NCBI GenBank assembly: GCA_965199855.1
Contig: OZ241326.1
Coordinates: 1,600,001 to 1,664,000, forward strand
Source of the DNA: a bacterium
GTDB lineage: Bacteria; UBA8248
Direction: 5' to 3'
Length of the DNA: 64,000 bases
Shown: in pieces, positions 1-9,598 of the stretch
Position numbering within the stretch: the first letter of the stretch is position 1
How the letters are laid out: each line of letters starts with the position of its first letter
Notes under the pieces: model-generated
The model's input: only the letters and a program-made list of their open reading frames with translations
Database searches by the model: none
What the model was told of the DNA's origin: nothing
Made by a program: the position numbers and the translations under genes

Positions 1-2289
1 CCGCTCCACCAGCTCGCCTTCGCAGCCCTCGCGGGGGCAGGCCACGCCGGTCGGCTTCGGGCCGGCGGCCGCCCGTCCGTTGCCGAGGACTTTCCGCTTC
101 CCGTGCTCGGCCGCGAACACCGAGCAGGCCAGGTAGATTCCGAAGGGCCCGCGCCTCGCCCGCATGGGCGCGCCGCATTCCTCGCAGGGCGGGGCGATCT
201 CCTCGATGCGCGCCAGCTCCTCTTCCGGCTCCTCCGGGTCGCCGCCGTCCCCGGCGGGAATGTCCTCCGAGTATCGGCAGTCCGGATACCCCGAGCAGGA
301 GATGAACCAGCCGTTTTTGCTGAATCTCTTCACCAGCCCGCGCCCGCATTCGGGACAGCTTCTGTCGAGCGGCTCCGTTTTCGCCTTCAGGTTCGGCAGC
401 TCCTTTTTCGCCAGCTGAACCTTTTTGTCGAAATCCTCGTAAAAATCCCGGATGACGGGCAGCCACGGCCTCTCGCCCTTCTCGATGTCGTCGAGGGAGG
501 TTTCCATTTTCGCGGTGAAGCCCACGTCCATCTGGTCGGGGAAGCCCCGGACGAGGAGGCGGGTGACCTCCCGGCCCAGCTGGGTGGGCGTGAACTGCCG
601 CCGCTTTCGCTCCATCGTGACGTATTTGCGCTTCTCCAGCGTGTCGAGGATGTTCGCGTAGGTGCTCGGCCTGCCCACGCCGTCCTCCTCCAGCTCCTTC
701 ACGAGGGAGGCTTCCGTGTAGCGCGGCGGGGGCTGGGTGAAGTGCTGCTCGGGCAGGACGCCCGTGGGCGCGGACTCCGACTTCACGAGCAGGAGGGGGT
801 CGCCCTCCGCAAGAGGGGGGAGGAGCCTGTCCCGCTCGGGCTTCGCGCCCGCCCCGTCCTCGCCGTTCGCCCTTGCCGCCCCGTCCTCATGCGCCTTCAG
901 GAAGCCCGCGAACCTGAGGACGGAGCCGCTCGCCCGCAGAAGGAGCTCCTCGCTCTCCGTCCGCTGATCGACGGCGACGTCCACGCTGGTCTGGTCATAG
1001 ACGGCCGGCGCCATCTGGCTCGCCACGAAGCGCCGCCAGATGAGCGTATAGACCGCCAGCTGCTCGGGCTTCAGGAAGGCGCGCAGCTTCGCCGGCGCGA
1101 GGCGAACGTCGGTGGGCCGGATGGCCTCGTGCGCGTCCTGCGCCATCTCCCCCGTCTTGAACCGGGGGGGCTTCGCGGGAAGGTGATCTTTTCCGTATGC
1201 CGTCTCGACGTAGGCGCGCGCCGCGGCGGCGGCCTCGGGCGCGACCCGCGCGGAATCCGTCCGCATGTAGGTGATGAGGCCCACGTTTCCCGCCTCGCGC
1301 CCCAGGCTCACCCCCTCGTAGAGCGACTGCGCGACGCTCATGGTCTTCTTCGCCCCGTAGCGCAGCTTGCCGGAGCTCTCCTGCTGGAGGGTGCTGGTGA
1401 TGAACGGGGGAGGCGGCCTGCGCCGGCGCTCCCGCCTCTCCACCCTGGAGACCCGCAGGGCGCCGCCCGCGATTCTTTCCGCCAGCTCCGCCGCCCGGGA
1501 CTCGTCGGGAATTTCCGCTTCCTCTCCGTTGATTCGGTGGAGCCTCGCCTCGAACGGGGGCGCGGCGCCGGCCTTCTCCAGATGCGCCGTGACGCTCCAG
1601 TATTCCTTCGGCTCGAAGGCCTCTATCGCGTCCTCGCGCTCGCATATCAGCCGGAGGGCGACGGACTGCACCCGGCCCGCGCTCAGGCCGAACGCCACCT
1701 TGCTCCAGAGGATTTCGCCCGACAGCTTGAAGCCCACGATGCGATCCAGCTTTCGGCGGGTCTCCTGCGCGTCCACCTTGCGCTGGTCGATTCGCCCGGG
1801 ACTGGCGAGCGCCTCCTGAACCGCCCTCCGCGTGATTTCGTTGAAGGTCACCCGGTAGAATTCGCCGTCGGCGCCCCCCAGGAGCTCCTGGATGTGCCAG
1901 GCGATGGCCTCTCCCTCGCGGTCCGGGTCCGGCGCCAGATAGATCTCCCTCGCCGCCCCGGCGGCCCGGCGCAGCTCGTCTATCGTCTTCTCCTTTCGCT
2001 CGATGACGCCGTAGTCGGCCCTGAAGTCGTTGCGGACGTCGATGCCCATCCTGCGCTCGCCCGTCTTTCGCAGGTCGCGCACGTGGCCCTTCGAGGCGAG
2101 GATGTCGAATTCCGCGCCGAGGAATTTCCGGATGGTGCGGATCTTCGTGGGCGACTCCACGATGAGCAGCTTGCCGGACGCGGGCGCCTTCCCGCGCCCG
2201 CCGGGGGAGGGCCGCTTCCGGGCGGCGGATTTCCGCCTCGCGGGGGGCTTCGAGGCCGCTTTCCTGGTGGTGGTCTTCTTCTCGCTCAT
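1..2289 (-). CDS. topA: DNA topoisomerase I (3' end runs off the window)
   Basis: Manual translation of the minus strand from ATG 2289 (alternative ATG 2307) gives ...GKLLIVESPTKIRTIRKFLG, an LAPDPDREGEAIAWH TOPRIM motif, SAGRVQS, the active-site GLITYMRTDS and C-terminal Zn-ribbon repeats (CPECG, CEECG, CPREGC). Not in the supplied ORF track because it has no stop inside the window. Confidence 0.96.
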   Translation of the reverse strand, partial: MSEKKTTTRKAASKPPARRKSAARKRPSPGGRGKAPASGKLLIVESPTKIRTIRKFLGAEFDILASKGHVRDLRKTGERRMGIDVRNDFRADYGVIERKEKTIDELRRAAGAAREIYLAPDPDREGEAIAWHIQELLGGADGEFYRVTFNEITRRAVQEALASPGRIDQRKVDAQETRRKLDRIVGFKLSGEILWSKVAFGLSAGRVQSVALRLICEREDAIEAFEPKEYWSVTAHLEKAGAAPPFEARLHRINGEEAEIPDESRAAELAERIAGGALRVSRVERRERRRRPPPPFITSTLQQESSGKLRYGAKKTMSVAQSLYEGVSLGREAGNVGLITYMRTDSARVAPEAAAAARAYVETAYGKDHLPAKPPRFKTGEMAQDAHEAIRPTDVRLAPAKLRAFLKPEQLAVYTLIWRRFVASQMAPAVYDQTSVDVAVDQRTESEELLLRASGSVLRFAGFLKAHEDGAARANGEDGAGAKPERDRLLPPLAEGDPLLLVKSESAPTGVLPEQHFTQPPPRYTEASLVKELEEDGVGRPSTYANILDTLEKRKYVTMERKRRQFTPTQLGREVTRLLVRGFPDQMDVGFTAKMETSLDDIEKGERPWLPVIRDFYEDFDKKVQLAKKELPNLKAKTEPLDRSCPECGRGLVKRFSKNGWFISCSGYPDCRYSEDIPAGDGGDPEEPEEELARIEEIAPPCEECGAPMRARRGPFGIYLACSVFAAEHGKRKVLGNGRAAAGPKPTGVACPREGCEGELVER

Positions 2290-2405
2290 TCGCTCGTCCG
2301 CGCCCATGGGGGGTTCGACGCCTTCGGGCGGCGGCTCCGCGCCGGCGCGCCCGGGCCCGTTCCGCGGGGAGACGCCCGCCCTCCCCGCCGGCGGGAGCGC
2401 GCCCC

Positions 2406-3611
2406 TCAGCGGGAGGCCCGCTCGTACATTCCCGAAGCCGTCTGCCTGACCAGACCTTCCAGCTCGAGGCGAAGCAGGGCGGATGAGACCTCCTGCGCCG
2501 GCAGGCCGCGCTTTTGGGTGAGGCCCTCTATGGTTTCGTCTCCGTTCTCCAGCAGGCGCAGGAGCGCGCTCTCCTCGTCCGTGAGGTTCGGGGGCGGCGT
2601 CGCGCTCCGCTCCTCTGCTCCTCCGCGCGCCTCCTCGCCCCGCGCGGAGGCCGGGAATTCCCTTATCCGGATGCGCGCCGGCTCGGCCAGCGCGCTCCGG
2701 GCGTATTCGGGAAGGGCGGCGACCGCGTCCTCCGCGCTTTCCACCAGGTGCGCCCCCTGCCTGATCAGATGGTGGCAGCCGGCGCTCTTCCCGGTGTGGA
2801 CGGGCCCCGGCGCGGCCATCACCTCGCGCCCCTGCTCGAGCGCGAGCAGGGCGGTCAGGAGCGCGCCGCTTCGCTGGGCGGCCTCGACGACGATGGTCGC
2901 CAGCGCCAGACCGCTGATGAGGCGGTTTCTTCGGGGAAAATTCTCCCTGCGGGGGTGCGCCCGAAGATGGAACTCGGAGATTACGGCGCCGGAGGAGGCG
3001 ATTTCCCGCCGGAGCGCCCCGTGGTCCGCGGGATAGTTCTCGGCCAGGCCGCACCCGAGGACGGCGATGGTTCTGCCCCCGGCGTCGAGCGCCGCCCTGT
3101 GCGCCTCCGCGTCGATGCCGTAGGCCATGCCGCTGACGATGGCGATTCCCTTCGCGGCGAGCGCGCCCGCCAGCTCCCGCGCCATGCGCCTCCCGTAGTC
3201 CGTGGGACGCCGCATTCCCACGACGGCGACGGCGAGGCGATCCGCCTCCCGCATTTCGCCTTCGAGGAAGAGCGCCCCCGGCGGAGAATAAATGTCCCGC
3301 AGCGCTTCGGGGAACGCGGCGGAGTCCCGCGTGATGATTTCCGCGCCCAGCTTCGCCGCGTCCCGGCGGACTCGGGCGGCGAGGTCGGAGGGCGCGTCCT
3401 TCTCGATCGCCTCGCGGGCTTTTCGGCCGCAAAGACGCGCGAACGCATCGGGCGGGATAGCGAAGGCTTCCGTCGGGCAGGCGAAGGTCTCCGCCAGGCG
3501 ATGCAGGCGCTCGGGGGTCGCGCCCGGGAGCGTCTGGAGGACGAGCCAGGCGTCGGACGCGCTCAGGGCGCCCCGGCTTCGGGAGCGCATGATGGAGTTC
3601 CAGACGTTCAT
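2406..3611 (-). CDS. dprA: DNA-processing protein DprA
   Basis: Motifs VAVVGMR, IVSGMAYGIDAEAH, NFPRRNRLISGL and VVEAAQRSGAL, a C-terminal winged helix, and the canonical dprA-topA order. Confidence 0.95.
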   Translation of the reverse strand: MNVWNSIMRSRSRGALSASDAWLVLQTLPGATPERLHRLAETFACPTEAFAIPPDAFARLCGRKAREAIEKDAPSDLAARVRRDAAKLGAEIITRDSAAFPEALRDIYSPPGALFLEGEMREADRLAVAVVGMRRPTDYGRRMARELAGALAAKGIAIVSGMAYGIDAEAHRAALDAGGRTIAVLGCGLAENYPADHGALRREIASSGAVISEFHLRAHPRRENFPRRNRLISGLALATIVVEAAQRSGALLTALLALEQGREVMAAPGPVHTGKSAGCHHLIRQGAHLVESAEDAVAALPEYARSALAEPARIRIREFPASARGEEARGGAEERSATPPPNLTDEESALLRLLENGDETIEGLTQKRGLPAQEVSSALLRLELEGLVRQTASGMYERASR

Positions 3612-3717
3612 TCGATGCCTCCGGGCCGCGTCGGCCCTGAATCCATAGCACGGGGGGCGCGCTTCGTGTCAAGACGCGCAGGGGCCCGGGCGCGGGGGGA
3701 GGGCGCCGCGCTCTCCC

Positions 3718-4449
3718 TCATCGGGCGTCGAGCTTCCGCAGCTGCGCCCGCGCTCTTCGGGCCAGCGAGTGGCGGGGGAATTTTTTGATCAGCCTCTCGA
3801 ATTCGCGCCTCGCGTCGGGGGGGGAGTCGCGGCGAAGATGGGTGAGCGCCAGTTTGTAGTGGGCGTCCGGGGCCTTCCGGCTCCGGGGATACCTCGAGAT
3901 GACGTGCTGGAATTCGTCCAGCGCCGCCGCGTATTCCCTGAGATCGTAGTAGGCCTCCGCGAGCCAGTACTGGGAATTGGGCGCGAGCTGATTGTTCGGG
4001 AAGAGCTCCAGGAAGCGGCGGAACCCGACGATGGCCTCCTCGTTCTGCCCGTCCCTGACGGCGCGATACGCCTCGTTGTAGAGCCGCCGGGGCGTGGCGG
4101 ACGCCGACCGCCGGCCCTGGGGGGCGGGCGGGCGCCTCGCGCTCCTCGTCTCCCTCGGACGCGGGGGGGAGGAGAAATTCCCCTGCATGACCTTTTCCCG
4201 CTCCAGCCGCTCCAGGGCGGCCTGGAGGTCGCCGTTTTCCTTCTGCAGGGAGCGGATGTTCGCGGAGAGCGCCTCGACCCGCGCCTCGAGGCTCGCGCCT
4301 CGCTCCCTGGCGGCGGCCAGCTCGCTTTTGAGCGACGCGGCCTCCTTCTGCGCCGCCTCCCTGGAGGGGGGCCACACGTTGAGGCGCGGTGAATCGGCGC
4401 ACCCCGCCGCCGAGGCGGCCAAAGACAGCACGATCGCTTTTTTCCACAT
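3718..4449 (-). CDS. cpoB: Tol-Pal system TPR protein YbgF/CpoB (probable lipoprotein)
   Basis: From ATG 4449: MWKKAIVLSLAASAAGC lipobox, then a coiled coil and TPRs (FPNNQLAPNSQYWLAEAYY, YPRSRKAPDAHYKLA). Confidence 0.85.
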   Translation of the reverse strand: MWKKAIVLSLAASAAGCADSPRLNVWPPSREAAQKEAASLKSELAAARERGASLEARVEALSANIRSLQKENGDLQAALERLEREKVMQGNFSSPPRPRETRSARRPPAPQGRRSASATPRRLYNEAYRAVRDGQNEEAIVGFRRFLELFPNNQLAPNSQYWLAEAYYDLREYAAALDEFQHVISRYPRSRKAPDAHYKLALTHLRRDSPPDARREFERLIKKFPRHSLARRARAQLRKLDAR

Positions 4450-4481
4450 ATCGCTTGTCCTCGCGGGCGAGCGGCGCGCCG

Positions 4482-6077
4482 TCACAGCCGGACGACCTCG
4501 TATCCTTCCTGATGGAGTTCGGCGTCGCCCTTGATGACGAGCTGGATGCCGAGCGTCCTCTCGAGCTCCTCTACGTGCTTTCTTTCCTCGTCGAGGAGGA
4601 CGTCGACGACTTCGGGGTGAACGTTGACGAGGAATTTCGCCGCGTCCTTGTGGGCGTTTCTCATCCGGCGCACCTCCCGCATGGCCTCGTAGCTCACCGA
4701 TACGGCGGACTTCACCTGTCCGCGCCCCTCGCAGTAGGGGCAGGAGCCGCAGAGCGTTCTCTGGATGCTGTCCCGGACGCGCTTTCGGGTCATCTCGACG
4801 AGCCCCAGGTCGCTTATCTTCAGGATGTTGGTGCGCGAGCGATCTTTTCCGAGCTCCTCCTTGAAGGCGTTGAACACCTTCTCCCTGTTCGCCTGCTTCT
4901 CCATGTCGATGAAGTCGACGATGATGATTCCGCCCAGGTTGCGAAGGCGCAGCTGGGCGACGATTTCCCGCACCGCCTCCTGGTTGGTCTGGAGGATGGT
5001 CTCCTCCGGGTTTCTCTTGCCGACGAAGCGTCCGGTGTTGACGTCGACCGTCGTGAGCGCCTCGGTCTGATCGATGACGATGTAGCCGCCGCTGCGGAGC
5101 CACACGCGCTGCCCGAGGGCGCGCTCGATCTCGAGCTCGACGCCGAAATGGTCGAATATCGGCTCCGCGCCGTCGTAGCGCCGCAGTTTGGGGATCAGGT
5201 GCGGGTAGTAGTTTTTGAGGAACTGCCTGGTCTTCTCGTATTGCTCCCTGCTGTCGATGACCATTCTGTCAACGCTGGAGTTGAACAGATCCCTCACGGT
5301 TCGCTCGATGATGTTCAGGTTCAGATGAATCCGCGACGGCGCGGGAGCCGTCTCGTTTCTCGCCAGAATGTCCTCCCAGAGGGCGTGGAGGAAGTTGACG
5401 TTGGCCTCGATGTCCCGGGCGGGCATGGTCTCGCTCGCCGTGCGGACGATGTACCCCGCGCCCGGCTGGCGGTTCTTGCGCACGAGCTTCTTGAGCCTCT
5501 TGCGCTCCTCTTCGTTCTCGATGCGCCTGCTGATGCCTATCTGCCTGATCGTCGGCATATAGACGACGTAGCGGCCGGGCAGGGTGACGTAGCTCGTCAG
5601 CCTCGATCCCTTGGTGCCCAGCGGCTCCTTGCTGACCTGAACGATGACGTCCTGGCCGTCCTTGAGCATGTCCTGGATGTGGCGATCCTTCTCCCCGCGC
5701 CGGGGGCGCCTTCCGGCGGTGCCTCGCTGCGAGCCGTTCTCTCTCTCGTCGCCGTTGTCGCTCTCGTCCCCGTTCGCGTCGAAGTCGAGGTCGTCCTCCT
5801 CGCCGTCCGCCTGCTCGGCGGCGAGCTTCCGGTAATTCTCGATGGACTCGATGGTGTGCACGTCGCTCACGTAGAGGAAGCCCGCCTTCTCCAGCCCGAT
5901 GTCCACGAACGCCGCCTGCATTCCCGGCAGCACCTTCGTCACTTTCCCCTTGTAGACGTTGCCGACGATGCTCTTCCCGCTCTCGCGCTCGATATACAGC
6001 TCGGCCGCCACGCCGTTCTCAAGCAGGGCGACGCGCGTCTCGAACGTCTCGGCGTTGACGACGATTTCAGACGGCAT
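4482..6077 (-). CDS. rng: Rne/Rng family ribonuclease (RNase G)
   Basis: S1 domain (GNVYKGKVTKVLPGMQAAFVDIG), DVNTG, LRNLGGIIIVDFIDM and a CPYCEG Zn-link. Confidence 0.95.
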   Translation of the reverse strand: MPSEIVVNAETFETRVALLENGVAAELYIERESGKSIVGNVYKGKVTKVLPGMQAAFVDIGLEKAGFLYVSDVHTIESIENYRKLAAEQADGEEDDLDFDANGDESDNGDERENGSQRGTAGRRPRRGEKDRHIQDMLKDGQDVIVQVSKEPLGTKGSRLTSYVTLPGRYVVYMPTIRQIGISRRIENEEERKRLKKLVRKNRQPGAGYIVRTASETMPARDIEANVNFLHALWEDILARNETAPAPSRIHLNLNIIERTVRDLFNSSVDRMVIDSREQYEKTRQFLKNYYPHLIPKLRRYDGAEPIFDHFGVELEIERALGQRVWLRSGGYIVIDQTEALTTVDVNTGRFVGKRNPEETILQTNQEAVREIVAQLRLRNLGGIIIVDFIDMEKQANREKVFNAFKEELGKDRSRTNILKISDLGLVEMTRKRVRDSIQRTLCGSCPYCEGRGQVKSAVSVSYEAMREVRRMRNAHKDAAKFLVNVHPEVVDVLLDEERKHVEELERTLGIQLVIKGDAELHQEGYEVVRL

Positions 6078-8877
6078 TTCGGGCCGCGCGGGAAGCTCCC
6101 GCCCTCCATTGAACGGCGATTTTGCGGATGCGGGTCCTCAGGCATCCCTCGGGAGACAGCCCGAAGCATCTGGCGAGCAGTTCCGTCACCTTCGGCTTCG
6201 CGCCCTCCCCGCAGCGCAGGGCGAGCTCCAGGCGAACGAGGGCGTCCGTTGACGGCTTCATCGAGAAGCCGGCGATGGCCGGGCGCGCGTCGAAGCGCCT
6301 GAGCTTCCCCTTGCGCTCGCGGGACATTTCAATCGCTTTCTCGCTCATCAAATCCCGGATGGCGGCCTCGATTCGCGCGTCGGACGCTCCCGCCGCCCCG
6401 AGATCCGCGCGCGGGATGGAGACCTCGTAGGTCGCCGCGCTCAGCGCGTTGGCGGAGGAGGGCGCCTTGCCCTCGAGCCGCCACCCCGCGCGGGGCTTGA
6501 GGCCCTCGGGGAGCTCTCTCTTCAGGCTTTTGAACAGGTCGCCCACCCGAATGCGCCCGCCGATCTCGAGAAGCGAGAGATCCACCACCTCCGCCCGGCT
6601 CTCCACGCCGACGGGAAGCGCGTGGGAGAAAACGATTTTCGGGTGCGGGTTGAAGCCCCGGGAATGCTCGAGGCGCCAGCCCGCGCGCTGAATCGCGCGG
6701 ATGAACGTCCTCAGAATCTCGAGATGGCTCAAAAAGCGGAGGTCGCCGGACTTCTCGTAGATGAGGCGGAATTTGCGCGCGGGCGCGTCCGGCCGCGCCT
6801 CGGCGAGGCCGGGGTTGTCCTCGCCCGCGTCCTCGAAGCCCACCGGAACGGGGCCGGACTCCCGGGCGGGGCTTTTGCGCCGCCTCCGGCTCCGCTGATC
6901 CCTGGCGATGGCGAGCTCCACCGGCTCGGCGGGGGCGGCGTCCCGGCCGGGCGGCAGATCCGCCGCGCGCGGCGCGCCCTCCGCCCGCCCCGGCCCGCTC
7001 ACGAGGGGCAGGGAGGGGCCGGCCGCCGGGGGCATGGGCTTTTCGTAGTGGTATTTGATGCCCCTGTATTTGTCCAGAATGCCGCATTGGCCGCAGGCCT
7101 CGTAGCGGCAGTCGCCGATGGTGACCTCGCGCAGGGCGCGCTTCCAGTCGGCGAGCTGGTATTCCTTGGTCACCCCGCAGTCGAGGTGATCCCAGGGCAG
7201 AGGCTCTTCTTCGGGTATTTCGCGGTAGGCGTACCACTCCGGGTCGAGCGCGTGGGCCTCGAAGGCGGCCATCCATTTGTCGTAGTCGAAGAACTCCATC
7301 CAGCCGTCGAATTTGCAGCCCATGTCCACCGCCGTCTCGATGACGTCCGCCTGGCGGCGGTCGCCCTTCGAGAGGACGGCCTCGAGGAAGCTGTGCCGCG
7401 GGTTCGACCAGCGCAGCCTGATGCGGCGATCCGTCGCCGCGCGCCTGATGAAGTCGAGCTTCTCGCTGATTTCCTCCTTCGCGTTCTGGGGAAACCACTG
7501 GAACGGCGTGTGCGGCTTCGGCACGAAGGTGGAGAGGCTGACGTTGAGGAACCGGAACGGCTCGCCCGTCTCCCGCGAGCGCATCCTCACGCAGGCCATG
7601 AGCATGTCCGCCATTTCCCGCAGGTCCTCGAAGGTCTCGGTGGGAAGGCCGAGCATGAAGTAGAATTTCACGCCCGGCCAGCCGGCGTCGAGAATGTCCT
7701 GGAGGTTCCGCCTGAGGTCCGCCTCGGTCAGCACCTTGTTGATGACGTTGCGCAGGCGCTCGCTGCCCGCCTCGGGCACCAGGGTGAAGCCCGTGCGGCG
7801 CGCGCGCGCGATTTGCGCCAGCAGATCCGGACTCATCGCGCCGACGCGGAGCGAGGGCAGGGAGATGGAGGTGTGCATGGGGGCGAGGCGCTCCATCATG
7901 CGGGGAACGAGTCCCTTCAGGGGCTGGTAGTCGGCGATGCAGAGCGAGGAGAGGCTGATTTCCTCATAGCCCGTTTCCCGGAGCGACTCCTCGGCGAGTT
8001 CGAGGACCTTGAGCGGATCCCGATCCCGCACGGGGCGATAGACCATGCCCGCGTGGCAGAAGCGGCAGCCTCTCGTGCACCCGCGCTGCACCTCGAGCGT
8101 CACCCGGTCGTGCACCACCTGGGCGTAGGGAACGATGGGCCGCGTGGGATGGGGCGAGTCGTTCAGGTCCTCTAGGACGCGCGCCAGCACGGGCCTCCCG
8201 TGGCCGCTGACGTGGCGAAACCCCTTCACCTCGCCGCCCGGGGCGTGTTCGACCGCGTAGCGGCCCGGAACATAGACGCCCTCGATTTCCTCCAGCGCGT
8301 CGAGCAGCGCCTCCCGCGGGGCGCCGCCCCTTCGCCATTCCTCGTGCGCCCGGACGACCTCGGGGAAGAGCGCCTCCCCGTCCCCCAGGGCTACGGCGTC
8401 GAAGAAGGGCGCCATCGGCTCCACGTTGAACGTCACGGGGCCGCCCGCGATGACGAGCGGGTCCTCCCGGCGCCTTCGCGCGGCGCGCCTGGGGATGCCT
8501 GCCAGATCGAGCAGGAGGACGACGTTGCTCGCGGCGAGCTCGTAGAGGAGCGATACGCCCAGAATGTGGAACTCCCGGACGGGCGTCCGGCTCTCCAGGG
8601 TGGCGAGCGGCGCGCCCCTGCCTCTCAGGATGGCCTCGAAGTCGCTCCAGGGGAGAAAGACGCGCTCGGCGGCCGTCTCCGCGTCCTCGTTCAGGAGGTG
8701 ATAGAGGATGCGGATGCCGTTGTGCGACATGCCGACTTCGTAGGTGTCCGGGAAGGCGAGGGCGACGCGGTTCCTGACCTTCGCGAGATCCTTGCGGATC
8801 GCGTTGACCTCGTTTCCCAGATAGCGCGAGGGCTTCTCGACGAAGGGAAGCACGTCCCGCGCGTAGTCCAGATTCAT
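6067..8877 (-). CDS. TIGR03960-family radical SAM protein fused to a TIGR03936/DUF2344 domain
   Basis: From ATG 8877: VEKPSRYLGNE, FPDTYEVGMSH and CTRGCRFC (CxxxCxxC); C-terminal RFLSHLE...GFNPHPK domain; usual neighbour of rodA and rng. Confidence 0.9.
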   Translation of the reverse strand: MNLDYARDVLPFVEKPSRYLGNEVNAIRKDLAKVRNRVALAFPDTYEVGMSHNGIRILYHLLNEDAETAAERVFLPWSDFEAILRGRGAPLATLESRTPVREFHILGVSLLYELAASNVVLLLDLAGIPRRAARRRREDPLVIAGGPVTFNVEPMAPFFDAVALGDGEALFPEVVRAHEEWRRGGAPREALLDALEEIEGVYVPGRYAVEHAPGGEVKGFRHVSGHGRPVLARVLEDLNDSPHPTRPIVPYAQVVHDRVTLEVQRGCTRGCRFCHAGMVYRPVRDRDPLKVLELAEESLRETGYEEISLSSLCIADYQPLKGLVPRMMERLAPMHTSISLPSLRVGAMSPDLLAQIARARRTGFTLVPEAGSERLRNVINKVLTEADLRRNLQDILDAGWPGVKFYFMLGLPTETFEDLREMADMLMACVRMRSRETGEPFRFLNVSLSTFVPKPHTPFQWFPQNAKEEISEKLDFIRRAATDRRIRLRWSNPRHSFLEAVLSKGDRRQADVIETAVDMGCKFDGWMEFFDYDKWMAAFEAHALDPEWYAYREIPEEEPLPWDHLDCGVTKEYQLADWKRALREVTIGDCRYEACGQCGILDKYRGIKYHYEKPMPPAAGPSLPLVSGPGRAEGAPRAADLPPGRDAAPAEPVELAIARDQRSRRRRKSPARESGPVPVGFEDAGEDNPGLAEARPDAPARKFRLIYEKSGDLRFLSHLEILRTFIRAIQRAGWRLEHSRGFNPHPKIVFSHALPVGVESRAEVVDLSLLEIGGRIRVGDLFKSLKRELPEGLKPRAGWRLEGKAPSSANALSAATYEVSIPRADLGAAGASDARIEAAIRDLMSEKAIEMSRERKGKLRRFDARPAIAGFSMKPSTDALVRLELALRCGEGAKPKVTELLARCFGLSPEGCLRTRIRKIAVQWRAGASRAARNAV

Positions 8878-9598
8878 CGCTGTCAACCCGTTGAGCCTCT
8901 CGCCATCGAGAGGGGCGATATGCGCGTTCTCTCCGCTCGGACCCGCGCCCTGGCGGGCGCGCCCGGGCGAACTTCGCCCATCATAATGAAGGATGCGGAG
9001 AGAATTGGCAACCGTAGCGCATCGGGGCGGACGCCTCGTCCGCGTCGCCGCCCGGACGCGCCGGGGGGAGGGGGGGCTTTTCGGGCGTTCGGAGAGGTTC
9101 CGCGCGCGCCGCGAAAGGGGTGGATGAACGTCTGCGAATTTCGACAAAATCAGACAAATTCACGGCCTTATCCTGCAAATACGCAGCTGTTTTCCACCCT
9201 TTTTCCACCCTTTTGACGCCCCCTTTTCTTCTCCGGTTCGCCCGCCTTCTCTCCCCCCGCGGGCGCATCTCTCCCGCGTCAGGAATGTATCGTAGGCTTG
9301 GCCCTTTCCGGTAGCCGCAAATGCGGGCAGATGCGGGCAAACGCGCGCGAGGCTCGTTTTGGAGCGTTGAAAAGGCGCGATTTTTCGGCGAAAAGCCTCT
9401 TCTTCGGGACGATCCACCGCCCCGGGCGGCGCCCGAACCGTGGGCCCGCCCCGGTTTTCAGGGGAAATCCCCGTTCTCCGAGCCGGGGAGGGGAGCCTTT
9501 CGCGCGCGCAAGATGTATCATCAGCCCGCGTTTTCACCGTTTCGCGTATGATTTCGCCGGATTCCCGGGCGTTTTTCCCGATTCGAGGAGCCTCGCCG

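Noticed and set aside
103-3036. 977-aa plus-strand ORF, and similar long ORFs such as 19161-21677, 37162-39423 and 47912-49903
   Set aside because: These are antisense shadows of real genes (topA, glgP, TRAP permease, MFS/EamA) caused by stop-poor high-GC codon usage; they carry no family motifs.
3718-5103. 461-aa ORF as a fusion protein; likewise the long N-terminal extensions of 14114-15292, 45942-48164 and 60775-62271
   Set aside because: The extensions overlap neighbouring real genes in other frames; the true starts are internal (4449, 14635, 47099, 61069).
9190-9211. TTTTCCACC as DnaA boxes / oriC
   Set aside because: Two mismatches to TTATCCACA, only two copies, no AT-rich unwinding element, and no dnaA/gidA context.
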